Below, in pieces: positions 11,417 through 25,100 of a stretch of DNA of 64,000 nt; within the stretch, counting starts at the first letter, position 1, and the number at the start of each line of letters is the position of its first letter. This DNA comes from Auanema rhodensis. Lineage: Eukaryota; Animalia; Nematoda. A program made the translations under genes and the position numbers. Below the pieces are notes generated by a model. The model was given only the letters and a program-made list of their open reading frames with translations. It made no database searches and was not told the origin of the DNA. The stretch lies in assembly GCA_964057225.1 (NCBI GenBank), contig OZ059895.1:14322001-14386000 (forward strand). The letters run 5' to 3'.

Positions 11417-12385
11417 TTTCTAAACCATTAATAAAAAATTAGAAAAATATTAATAAACTATATAAAATAAATAAATAGGAAAGAAATTATTAAAATAAAT
11501 TGCAAACGAAATGGAAATAAAATTTTCCTTTGCAATAAAGTACATTTACCAATTCCAAAACATGAAAATACAATAAAGATGGGTGGAATAAATAGTTTTT
11601 TATACAAGATTTGGCGCCAAGGCGCGAAATTTTTAAAGTATACAAGTATTCATACTAATACAAAACATAAGCAGATAAGATCAAGGACATAGATTAAGAA
11701 ACAGAAAAAAATTAAACATAGAAAGGATAGAGAACGTAGACACAATTGAGGTTTAACATCTTATAATATTTGGAAATAGCATCACTTTCTATATACGATT
11801 TGGTAACCAGATTGACAACGTTTTTATTAAATAAAATTTTAATGAAGTACGAAAAATGAAAATTTAGAAAAACTAACTTTCTTGAAAACTAAGTCATCCA
11901 AATGATTATTATTTTTTGGAAATAACATATGTATATCCCCCTAACGCAGTATTGCGTATTTAAAATTTAAAATAATCAAAAGTGATGAATGATCGAAAAA
12001 TTACATCTAAAACACCTGACAACTTCGTGTCAATGTTGTCTTGTATTAAAAAGTATTAAAGAAAGGAAAAATTGTGAGAAAATATCAAAATGATTAAATA
12101 TAATATTATGTGACTAAAATGGTTTTTTCGAATCATAATCAAACAATGAGAAAAAACACGTGCCAATTTGTCACCAATTAAAAACACGTATCTACATTAG
12201 ACACCGTAGGTCATGTATGAGCCTGAGCAACAGAAATCTTAGATTTGTGAACAACTCTGAATGTAGCCTGAATACAACCGTTCATCTCGCCCAGAAGTTT
12301 TAAAATGAACATCTTCCTCCTTAGGCACCAACTTTCAATTTTAAAAATCCAAAGAACTTGATTCATCCAATGATTTTCGATTCAT

Positions 12386-12480
12386 GTTGCTCTCCAGTGG
12401 AGAGCGTTCCAAAATTTAATTCGAACACAGAATGTTTCTGGTTGAATCAGGAAAGTACCTCAAACTTGGGTAATTAAACC
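12386..12480 (-). ncRNA. sls-1: Solo SL1 RNA gene (intact RNA, promoter truncated within the PSE; possibly silent)
   Basis: Leader at 12480-12459 with a perfect body. Homology to the repeat unit runs from about 12333 to 12532 and stops inside the PSE-like block. Confidence 0.9.
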
Positions 12481-14239
12481 AATGAAGCAGTGTCACCTCC
12501 CAGTGGCATCAATGCACGTGTCGTATCGCATATGTTTTGAAAGACTTTTGAACTGTTTTAGAAAGACAGAGAGAAAGAGATCGAAAGCTTCAGAAAGATT
12601 TTGTTCTTTCAAAAACATTTTTCATGAATTATTAAAGAAATTAGTATTTTTTCCGTCAAGTAATAGAAATTTTAGATTAGATTGATACGACGGATATGCA
12701 TAGTGATGTCAACGGTTGATGAAAGATCATCTTGTCCTTCATCTTCTTTATTCTATCTTCTTTTTCGTCTTCTAGTATTTATCTGTTTCCGATAGCCATG
12801 ATATGTATGTTTGCTTTGTTATTTTCCTAATAAAATTTTGAAAATATCATGAAAATTTCTTGAAAATATTACAGAACATCCTTATCTTTCATATGCGATG
12901 ACTATAAATCTTCAGAGATAATTATCAAATTTTATTGTTAGAGTTTGAATAAACTATCCAAAACAAGATTTCTGATAAGATTTTGGCAAAATTCAGAATA
13001 AATCGTATATAATTCATCATTAAGTTTCAAATTCAAGCTTCTGCGTTGTGCCGAATCTCTGCAGCTTCTCATCTCCACCTTGTGCTCGTTGCCTTTCTCA
13101 ATCTCCGTTCTTGCTCTTTTCTCTCTATCCTACTCTTCTTCCCGAATTATCTCTCACACCGTTCGTCTTCCTCCACCCTCTAACCCATTGCTCCTGATTC
13201 ATCGTCTGCATCTACTGCACTAGTGCGGCTTCATCTCCCATCTCTTATTTCTCTGTGGCTTGTGTCCATCTCTGTTACAACACTCAATGTCCGTCTGTCC
13301 ATCCTCTATATTCCATTCCAATACAACAAACCAAGTCACCAACTAACAATCGACTGACTGACCGAAAAGACATAATACGGGCATCATCTTCATCATTCGC
13401 ATCACAGTCATCGTCTACTAACACCATCTATCAGTCACCACCACATCGTCATTATCCTGGAGATGTCTGTCAGGTTTTCGTCGTCGATAGTGGTCTTGAC
13501 GTCTTCGCTTATTCCATCTTCTGCTCTCAGCTTCTTCTCTTTCTTTGTGCTGTCTCCCTCGTCGTCTTCTTGATCCACTGTTTTTGCTACTTCGCTTTCA
13601 CTTGTTTCGTTGGGCTTCTCATCCTCAGATACAGACTCAATCGTACAGTAAGACATAAGGCTAACACGAGAGATTGTAGACAACTAGAGAAGATACAAAG
13701 TGTGCTGAACAACACAACGATAGGCAGAGAAGGTCAACGCTCCACCACAAGGCTCTCTCGTCGTTCACCGACAACCGTCTTCTTATTCCTTTCTCGTGTC
13801 TTCCTCATACTCTCTGCTTTCTATCATACTACCATCACATCTTCCCTCCTTTCCTCGCTGTTTTCCCCGAAGCATCATCGCTGTAGGGGTCACTCACATA
13901 CATACATATACACAGAGACTATCTGCAAATGAAGAAACAAAGACTAGAGAGAAACTTCTTTCTTTTCCCCGCCACCTCGTGTCTTCCACCCCCCCCCCCC
14001 TCCCTCTCCTTTCTCTTTCCCTCTCCCTCTTTCCGTTTTCTCTCTTAGTTCTAGTCTTATACACATGTACATTCAGAGCTCAACTGTTTCATATAATTCA
14101 ATCGATCTTCTCATTTTGAATTTACCTCTGTTTTCAATTCCATAGATGACTTTTGCAACAAAATCTTACAGCTACATCATCGTAATTTCTGGTCAACCTG
14201 TGTATCTCTAGTTCGCATCCTGTCCACCCTCCCCCAACT

Positions 14240-16308
14240 CCCCCTCTCTCTCTCTCTTTCTCTCTCTCTCTTTCTCGTTCTCTCTCATAAATCAAATCAT
14301 CTGTTTTATTTAGAAGAAGGAAAACCAAATAATATTCACTTATCTTCAGAAGTTTTGTTGTCGATGTTAGACGTTCATTACCTGTTATGGTCTTGGTTCT
14401 TAGGCTCGTTTCTTCATGTGATTGAAAGTCTTCTGTTGATCGCCGTTAAAGTCATCTAACACACACACATACACACAGTCAACGCCTGTTTTCTCATTGA
14501 CCACCCAACAACATCTTCCTACATACGCAGTTCGTTTAGTTGATCTTCTGTAACTGTTTCGCATAAAATCATTCAAATATCTCTGTCCCTCTCTTCATGA
14601 TTCTCTCACAAACCCCTCTCTCTCTCTGTATCTTATTCTCATTGTCTCTCTTTCTCTTATACTATACTCCCCTCTTATCAGATTTTTCATTTATGATTCA
14701 AATCAATTCACACATCTTATCCTTCTTTTAATATTTTTCGGAAGCTTCTCTCCCTTCTTGTTGCTTCCTCACCTCTCTCCTCGAGTACACAATACTATCA
14801 TCTTACACACCTGTTCCAATTGCACTTGTATTTCCAAAGTCAATTTTCTGTTTCAATTAGCTAAGATTCATTCTTTATTCTTCTTTCTACTTTTACTTTG
14901 TTCTTTTAATTTCGATTTCCAAGTCGTTTATCTTCCAAGTTTTTCAAATTATTTTCATTTAAAAAAAAACGAAACTTTACTCTCTTCTTCATTTCTAAAT
15001 ACAAACAATTTTAATTTTTCATTCATTTCGTCAACTTTTCTTTTGAATATTCTTCATTGACGTCGTCGTCGTCGTCGTCCTCCTCCTCCTCCTCGTTCTT
15101 CTTCTTCTTCTTCATCATCATTGTCTTCTTCTTCTTCTCTTCTTCTATTTTTTCTTTTCAAAACCTCCATTAGATAATCCAATTTCGATACGTTTTTTCG
15201 CACTCCGTCCTGGGAATATGCTGTTTTATTGTTAAGATTTCAAATAAGATATGAAGAATGCTTATACTTCTTCTCATTCTTTCCAAATCTCTCTCTCTCT
15301 CTCTCTCTTTCTTTTTTATTACAATCAGATGTTTTTCCTTTTTAATCTCATACTAGTTCATCAACATCATTAGCGTCTTCTTGTCAACCTGATTTACAAT
15401 AAAAATAATTTTTTTCCGCGAAAAAAAAAACTTTTCTCTTGCAATGTTGAAAAGATGAAAAATGCATTTTCTAATCTCTTTTCAAGGCAACTATGTATTT
15501 GTTTATATTTGCTTTTTCACTAGCTTTGCTTTCAAATAATCCGTAAGATGATGATGATGATGTTCATCTTCATGATTCTTGCTATTTCCGTAGTTACAGG
15601 ACAATCTATATGGTCAAAAATTTATTTTTATTTAGAAAGAATCATACAATCTCTCTGTGTCCCTCCCTCTCTCTCTCTCCCTCCCTCCCTCCCTCTCTCT
15701 CTATATTTATATATATATTTATCTTAACTATGCTAATCTATTACTTGTATATATTATATAGTTTTTTAAACTTATTTTCTTGTAATCATGATTAATTTGA
15801 TCTAATGAGAATCATTGTGATATAATTAAATATGATCAGTTAATTATTTCTTATACAAGTTTTTCGTATAGTTAACAAGCTTAATAGTAACTTTTGATAA
15901 TCTCTAGCGGCTCATTCCTTTTGATAAAAAGAGTTTCAACATTGATATCACGATAGATTGATGGTAATAGATTGGGATGTAGAAAGACAAAGACGAGATA
16001 AAGAGGGAATGAATGAGATTTCAGATATAGTGTCTTCATCTTCTATCATTGATAGAAAAGAGAGAGTAAGAAAGAAAGAGAGAGAGAGAGAAAGTGAGGG
16101 AAAGAGGGAAAGAGAGAGAGAGTACAGGTACTGCAAGAGATACGATGATGCCAGAGGAAATTAGCTTCTCCTACTTCTTCTTTTCATCTCAAAGAGCCAA
16201 TAATCAATGGTGGTCGATCACCTGCTCATCTTCTTCTCCTTGTGTCTGATCAGAAGCTCAGAGCGAAAATGAGTAAGATATTAAGTCTCACTCTCTCTCT
16301 CTCTCTCA

Positions 16309-16377
<69 letters not shown>

Positions 16378-17076
16378 ACCCTCCCACAACAACAATTCAT
16401 AGTTTTTCTAAGATTTTTATCATTTTTTTTGTTTAAAAATATAAAAAAAAGCAAAATCTTAGATAAAGATCATATCAAATGCTGTGTTTCTTATCTTTTT
16501 TTTCTTCTTTCGCATATTTCTATGAATGTATTTCGTTGATTTGATGAGAAAATAGTAAACGAAGTTGTAAAATTCCTCAGCATTAGTTCATCCAATTTTC
16601 AACTTGGTAAAGCTTGTTATACTTTTCTCCTCTTTTCGTTCATTCACTAGTTCATTTGAATTTCTTATGAACAAATTTTTTATTCAATAAGAATGTTTCA
16701 ATTCATATCTCTCTCTCTCCCTCTCTCCTTCCCTCTCTTACATCTCTCCTCTCTCTCTCTCTTTATTTCCTTTTTTCATTATCCATGTGTGTATGTCTTC
16801 CTTTTCAACAAACAAAAAAATAGAATTATTGATTGATATTGATTGATTATAATTTGATTAAAAATCTTTTTTCTTCTATAAATACTAAATCTTTATATGA
16901 TCTTGTATGTATTTCCTTCGTTTGTCCTGTGTTATTTCCATCACAGCTGGGCGTCCTCCATCCCCCTTCATACTCAGAGTCGCCATTTCGTCTCTACTCC
17001 TCCTCATCTCACTCCTCCTTTCTAACCCTTTCAAATCTCGTCTTTACCCCATTCCCCTTTTACTTTCTCCCTCCCA

Positions 17077-17111
<35 letters not shown>

Positions 17112-19170
17112 CTTCTCTTAATATCTCTCTCGTATTGTTAGTTCTTGTTTCAAACTACTTTTAACTTAATCTTACTCAATTTTCAACATCATGTCCTTTT
17201 GCCAAATTTTTTTAACGCAGCCGAACAAGAGAAAAGAAAAAAAAAAACTTTCTATTTCCAGGTAAGATGTAATTGAATTCGAAGCACAGCAACCGTTCAA
17301 TTAAGTTTCTACTTCGATGAATCAAAGCATATAACTTCGATTATACGTGTCATCCAATTCAATATATTAACTAACTATATATTTATAATTTAAGTTAATA
17401 CTTTCACTTTTACTTATTCGTTCATATTTTCATCTTTTCTATTCTACTTTTCAACTTCAAATTTATATTTTTTGCTATTAAAATCATAAAATTCATCAGC
17501 TTTACATTACGTTTTATATTCTTTTGTTCACACAATATTCTTTTTATTTATTATTATTCTCATATTCTCAACTATTTCTCTCTCTCTCTCATGATTCCTC
17601 AAAGAATTTTTGTTAAAATTCTCCTTTTACTTTAATTTTTTTTCAAATTTGCAATCAATTTTCATTCACAAAAACCGTTTTCATACTTGTCTCAACTTGC
17701 GTATTCATCTCAGTTGTTACAGTCTCCTTATTACAGGCTAAATTGCTAGTTGACTACCAGCTGTCCGCTTGACTGTGGGCAAAGCTGTTGTATAGCTTCA
17801 GAAGCACAGAATGAGCTTCGGCTCATCATGGCTTGAATCGTCATACAGTCGATGGCGACTACACACAACACGACGTCTAATCAGTCATCTTCTAATCATA
17901 TTCAGTATAGCACACTTGGTTAAAGCATTAGTTAATGCTCCATATGCTATTGCTGCTCGTCAGGCTTTGCTGGCCATAGCAGCCATGATACTGCATGTCG
18001 TTTTATTAGTTAAAAAAGGTATGTATATAAATATAAATAGTTAATTATATATATATATATATATTACACATAATTAACTTCTTTTTTTTCAGATCGTCCT
18101 TTGTTATTGCAAATCAGTACAACTATTATATTATTATCTAGTTTCTTACTATTTCTACCAGATTATTCTTCTGTATTTCCAGCTTTAACTAATATTTTTA
18201 TTATTTATACATTTTTTACTTATCGATTTTTCATAAGTTTAACTATAAATGTATTTGTATCTATTACTCAAATCAGTGGTTTAGTATTATTTCATGATAC
18301 TCTTAGTACTAATGAGGTATGTTATCTTTTCATTTTCTTCTTTCAAATTTTCATTAAATTCAAATCTATTTTGCTTCAACCGTTTAATGCATAATTTAAA
18401 ATTAAAAATGATATTTTTCACGTCAAAATTTCACGTTAAATACGTCAAAACTTCACGTTGAATACGTGCTATTCAAATTCAAAGCTTTCTTCTGCTCCTT
18501 TTCTCCATACCACAAATTTTATTTTCAAGTAATTTGCTCATTTTTGTTTACAAAAAAATTAATTTATTTATAAAATTTCAAATATAATGAGTTTGAAAGT
18601 TAAAGTAAAAACGTGAAAGAAAAATTTTTGAGAATTTAACGATTGTTTTATCCATTTTGCCTTCATCATCGCCATCATCTGACAGCAGATGTCAGATTTT
18701 CTTTTATTGTTTAGTTTGAAGAGAATCGATACGAGAAAAAAAAATACAATACAACAATTCAAATTAGATAATAGTATAGTTATAACTCTATACTATACGT
18801 ATAGTTTAGAAGAAATAATTTAAAAGAAAATCAATAACCATATGTATTCAAGAAATTCTTCTTCAATTTTTTTTCTTTTTTTTTTCAGTTATTATCCATT
18901 ATACTTGTGCATTTATGGTGTCATTTCATATCAATTTATTTGAATTTACAAATTGATCGTCTATCACGATCATCATTCCTTAGCTCAAGAAATTCAATCG
19001 AAGCTGAGACTTTAGCTCTTAGTCAGTCTGATCGTTTGGTAAGTATATTTTGACCTTTGATTCATAGTAAAAGTTATAATCTTAAAGATGAAAAATGATA
19101 TAACCTTTAATCTCTTTCAAACATCTCTCTCTCTCTCTCTCTCCTTCTCTCTCTCTTTCTCTCTCTATTT
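14240..19170. repeat. (TC)n microsatellite-rich region upstream of and within the 5' end of the cyclase gene
   Basis: (TC)n at about 14244-14306, 15288-15307, 16287-16372, 16708-16762, 17077-17117 and 19124-19166. Confidence 0.88.
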
Positions 19171-22100
19171 CCCTCTGTTTATGAGATGTTTCGATCAAAA
19201 ATTCAGATATATCGTTAAATATTGTTAGATATGAGACAAACGAAAATTTTCCTTCTTCAAATCATCGGAGACATTGTCTTTTCTTCTTCTTCTTCTCTCC
19301 TTTTATGATTTTCAATAAATGACAGATCGTCTGTCTTTCGATTTTCAGAAAATTCAAATAACCTCATAGGAAAGCCGAACTCTCCGGGGATAGCTAGGCC
19401 AGTAGGAGAAGAGGACGAGAAAACGAGAAGACACTGGGCTTGGGGACGATGACCCAAAGAGTAAAGAGAGTGGACATCTGAAGAAGATGAAAGTAGAGTG
19501 GACAGGACGAAAAGGAAATGCAAAGCGAATACCCGAACAGATGACATGAATGAGAAAGATTCTCTTGACAAATCAAGAGAATCTATCTTTATCTATTTCC
19601 CTTCCTCTCTCACTCATCTGAAGTCCATTCCTCTTGTATGTCAAGTAAAATGGAAAGAGAAGACAATTTGAGTTAAATCACATATGATTCTCCAATTTCA
19701 AAATAGTATTTGAATGCTACAACCCATAAAACATTCTCAGAAGAGTGGAGCAAAGAGAGAAAGAGAGAGAGAGAGAAAGAGAGAGATAAGAGAGAGAGTG
19801 AGAGATCTATGTAAACTATACTAATTATAAGAAAAGCTAAGATCGTCTACCTTTATCATATATTATTTAACAACCAGGCTTTAAGTTGGTTTGTAGTATG
19901 TGATGCCATCCATAATTTGTCTTTTTTCGTTATCCAGGTTATATCAATTTCATCTTTAATAATCTAAAATTAAATATATTATATATTCTATTAATTATAA
20001 TTAATATAATTAATTTTTAGACAAGACTTTTACAAACTTTTTTACCAACTCATCTTATTAATCGAGCTCGTCATCAAATAACCTTATATAGTCCACATAT
20101 TTATACAGAATACTATTCACAGGTAGATTATATATTTTAAAATAAAATAAATAAAAATAATTATTATTATAGGTTACTGTAGCTTATGCCCGTTTAATTG
20201 GATTTGAAGCTGTTCTTGCTCAGTGTTCATCTTCTGATGCAGCACGTGTTCTTAAAGAATTTGATGTTCGTATTAATCGATTAGCAGCATGTTATGGATG
20301 TACCAGAATCATCTCAGAAGGTAAATCTTTTACATCAAAATTGAATACTAATCGTATAATATTGATTAATATAGGAATAACTGTTGTATCTTCAATACCG
20401 AATAAGATAGCAGATCATGCTGTTAAAGTTTGTCAATTTGCACTTGACCTCGAAGCTTTAATCAGGTAACTAACTGCAACTTAACGGTAAAAAAAACTCA
20501 AAATTAAACGATTTCTAGATCATTTCGTGAATCAACAACAGCTAATGTTACCTTATCAATTGGTATTGATAGTGGAAGCTTAACAGCAGGAATTGTAGGC
20601 AATTCCAAATGGCATTATGATGTTATTGGACAAACAATTGATAATTGTATTTTACTTCAAAGTAATACTCCAACTAGGTAATATCTCAAAATACATCTCA
20701 TAATCTCTATAAAATTCTAAATTTTTGATTTAACAATCTTCAATATTCAATCTTCAATTTTAAAAACCATTTCAGTGGTGTATATGTAACAGATGAAACA
20801 TACCAACTAGTTGGAAATAGTTTTGAATTTCAACGTATTGGAGAATTTTGGAAAATTACTTCGAAACAGAATGGAATGGAAGTTTTTCCAATTAATAAAA
20901 GGTTTTTCTTTCTTTATTTTTTCTAAAAAATTTCATATTTCTAAATAGATTTTCATTGGTTACTGTACCACAAGCTATAAATCGTTTATTACAAACAATG
21001 TCATCAACAATGAAAGTTACAAATACAACGAAGAAAAGGTAAAAATTTCTTTTTTTTTTGCCAAAAAATTTTGTTTTTTTCAGACAACAACCAACTGTAG
21101 ATGATCAACTTAATGATATTAATTCAAGTTCTACAAGTTCTAAGAATAGCTTTATGAATGTTGTTGATCTTAGTTTTCGAAATCAGAAAATGGAAGAAGA
21201 GGTAATACACACTGATCCTAGATATGAGTTAGGACAGCATCGCATATGATATACACTGAGCTGTGATCTTTCAAGCATTACGTTCATAATTCAAGTTTTA
21301 AACATCTGAAACTATTCGTGTAGATTGTGTGCAATGTGTAGTGAATGCTTACAGCATGTTCCAACTTGATTTTGAAACTTAAAATAATTTTTGTTTTCAG
21401 TATCATAAGGAGATGGATCACTGGTTTATACCAGCTATAACTATATCAATATTCTTTTTAGTTATATATGGTATATATCATATGCTTGTTATGCCAAGGT
21501 ATATTTTGAATTTTTCAAATAAAATTTGAGAAAATAATTTTTCAGATTAGTTATAAGTTTATTGGTTATAATCATTGCTTTAACTATAATGTTTTCTGTA
21601 TTACTTATGCTATATATCAATTTTTTCCACGTAAGTCACGTAAATATTTTAAAAAAAAAAGTTCAAACAAAATAAATTTAGAGCTTTACACAATTTATAA
21701 CAAGAACACCTTCTGGTCATACAATAACTGTAATTATTATTCTTTTAATATTATTATTATGTGGAATAGTTAATACGGTAAATTTCATATAATTAATATA
21801 ATTAGTAATATATTCTTCTTCTTCTATTTATAGTTTTCTTGTCCGCAATATAGTATTGTTGAAGAACAAACATCTAATTCGTCTAGTGTTTGTCGATCAA
21901 TTCACTTTGCTTCATTCTCGTTCCTTCTGTGGATTCTGACAGCAACCGTATTTCTTCGATTCTCATCATTGTACTTGCTGCTCCTACTGTTCGTCTCTGT
22001 GCTTGTCTACAGTAGCCAGATTGGCTTCAATCATCCACCAATTGGACCACAAACGTGAGTCAGTTGAAACATGAGCAATAACATTTGCAGCTTCAAAATT

Positions 22101-25100
22101 GAAATTTGAACTGAAAAAAAAAATTAATGCGAAAATCATTGTTTATATCTTTCGTTACAATATCATTTTGTTACGATCGTTTTTGAACTATCATCAATTC
22201 ATCTGTCGAAATCATTTGACAGCATTTTTACACAGCCGGAGGCAAAACAATTGGAAAGTAGAGTTGTAAACAGAGTGCAAAGCGATGTTCAAACTATATG
22301 AAATTTATTTGAGAAAAAAGTGTATAATGAAAGAGAGAAAGAGGAAGAAAAGTAAAGAGAGAGAGGGGGGGGAGAGAGGGAGAGAGAGATTAAGAGGAAA
22401 AGATCAAACGAGAAGGTAATTAATAGAAAAAGAGAGAAAAAGAAATAATTTATTGAGAATTGTCAAAAAGTTGAGACCACTGGCCAAGCCGACTGTTGCG
22501 TTATGTTACGTTAAAATGCCCATTAAATAAGATTTGTGAAAGACTTATTGCGCAAAGATGCCTGAGGGAACATAGAAAAATCTAAATTTATTTTATTATT
22601 TTCAGATTTGTTGTTGAATTCGATATATTATCATCGTTGGTTTATATCATATTAGTTATATTTGTGCGTGCTAGATTCTGTGAATTGTTGATGCGATTGG
22701 ATTTCTTAGCTGTTATAAAGGTACGTCAAACGTGAATTATCTAACTATATGTATAATATGCTAATTATTTTTAATGAAAAAGACCTTTATTTTTATTTTT
22801 TACACTGTCGTAAGCGGTTGCATATGCATTAATGTGCGATGAAAGTCGGACACCTCTATCTTAGAGGCCTCAGAAAACCCCCATTTTTTCCGAATTTTTG
22901 TAGTTTGTTTGAGAAGATATAAGGATTTCTAGTGAGCGTCCGGCTTTCATCGCACAAGGCTGTAGGTACAGCAGCTGAGCATCTCATCCCTCACTCTCCC
23001 ATCCCCCAAACCCCTAAAATTCATACAAATTGCAAGAAAAATAATTTGTTTATTTTATAGGGAGTTGAAGAAACAGCAAGCAAAGATCAATTATCATTAT
23101 TGAATAGTCAAATTCTATTGAATTTGGTTCCTCCACATGTAGCACCATGGATAGCAATGAAAGGAAATGAATCATGGCATCATGCTCATCATTCAGTTGG
23201 TGTAGCTTACATGGCTGTGTCTGGCTTTGATCTTGAAGGCGAAGATGGTCTGAATGCTTTGAATTTCGTCTTTTCACATTTCGATCAGGTACATTACATA
23301 GTTAAGAACTAATTATATAAATATTATAATTTGAAGGCTTTAACCAAATATAAAGGAATTGAAAAAATCAAAAATGCTAATAGATTCTATACGGTAGCTG
23401 TTGGAATGTTGCCAGATGTATCGCAAAACGTAAATAATTTGTTTTCTTGTTGTTGTAAATATGAATATGTGTTATAGGTTAATGAAACACCATGGACAAT
23501 AGGAGAATTATTGAATACATTAGCTCAATACCTACTTCATATAACTCAATTTGCTTGTGATCATGATTTTCATGTTCAAATAGGTACTGTAATCAGATTG
23601 AATTGATGAGTTATTGATCCATCTCATTATCATCTAGGTATTGACTGTGGAAGTACATTGACGATGGTATCGGATACAGAATATCCACGATACGAGCTGT
23701 GGGGTGATACAGTAGAGAGAGCTAGACGCTTAATGCAATCAGCAAGTCATAATCGTATATTGGTATCTGAAGAAATCTACTTAGCATTACGACCACGTGA
23801 TTTGGAATTCAGCTCTCAGCCATCGAAGGTACTTGTAATTCGTATAAAGAATCTGTATCATATACAATATGCTTACGTTTAGATTGATAATAATCTGAAT
23901 GCTTATGTGCTATACTGTAGAGGACATGGAGCTGCTGATGAAGAAACAATAGCAATGACGTCATCACTAATGATGCCAAAAGAAGAACAAGAACGTCACA
24001 CAAAGCAGATGTTTGAAACAGCAATTAATCAAGAAGAGGTAAGACATAATAGATTCAGTGAGAATTATTGGATGTATGTTCTAGCTTCCCTCATCTATGG
24101 CTTCATCCTTCTCATCAGAATTACAATCAATTGATGGAGATGTTGAAACTGATAGTGATCTCGAATGGATAACGCCTGAAACAGCATTGATGCAAGAAAA
24201 GAAACGACAATACTATGAAGACAAACAAGGAAAAGCTGGTGAATGCTCCATATCTCGTGAACGTGATCCAGAATCATCTTCTGTTCAATTGGAATGTCAA
24301 TCAGTTCATCGACGTGGATCATCATCATCATCATTCAGACGACGATACTACTGGGAAACTGATTATGATCCATACAAGTACGTGATATCAATGTTATAAC
24401 TTTAATATCAATTTATCGTTTCAGAGTTCCGGTTAAGCCTGTCAGACCTTCAGAGCCATATTATGCTCAACCATATAAAGCGGAACAAGCAATTCAGTAT
24501 TCTGATTGGTCTGAACAAGAAAATAGTCGAGCTGGCAGTCGAACAAGCAATTATCGAAGTAATTTTTTTCTGCTGAAGAAATAAAATTCAAAACTTTGTT
24601 CAGATCATCGTCGATGGAAAAGATCAGCATCAAAGAGTTCTATAAGAAGTGCTTTAAGTTGGCTACGAAAGGTAACTTTGGCTTATTTCAACTGAAACAT
24701 TCGTAACTTATAGGATTCAAATCTGGATGTTAGTGATTCATCTCAATGGGATGCTAAACAACGGCTTGATGCTGCATCATCTCGTGTAGACAAGATGCTT
24801 CAAGAGCTGAATGCCTATGGAGAATATGCTGATATTAAGCCAATTGTCTATCGGCCATTCCCAACAAATTTTTCGGGAACAGTTGGATCAATCAAATCAC
24901 TACATCGAGCATTATCATCGGCTTGTCATACGGAATATGATAATGATGAGTCTGATGTTGCATTATCAGATATTGAATGTAATAACATTGGAGCAACTGA
25001 TGATGTAACACAACATCCAACAAATAGATCAATCCCGTAAGCTTTTTCTTTATTAAAACTTGAATTAATCAAGCTATATGTTTGTACAGTTTGAAGAAGC

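Noticed and set aside
13255-13932. 225-aa ORF from the track
   Set aside because: It has a GTG start, pyrimidine-rich low-complexity composition, no recognisable motif and no convincing splice partners. It is more likely the upstream regulatory or outron region of the cyclase.
19347-19455. TTTTCAG-preceded GC-richer segment in a cyclase intron as an alternative exon
   Set aside because: In the required phase it stops after six codons, and there is no clear donor.
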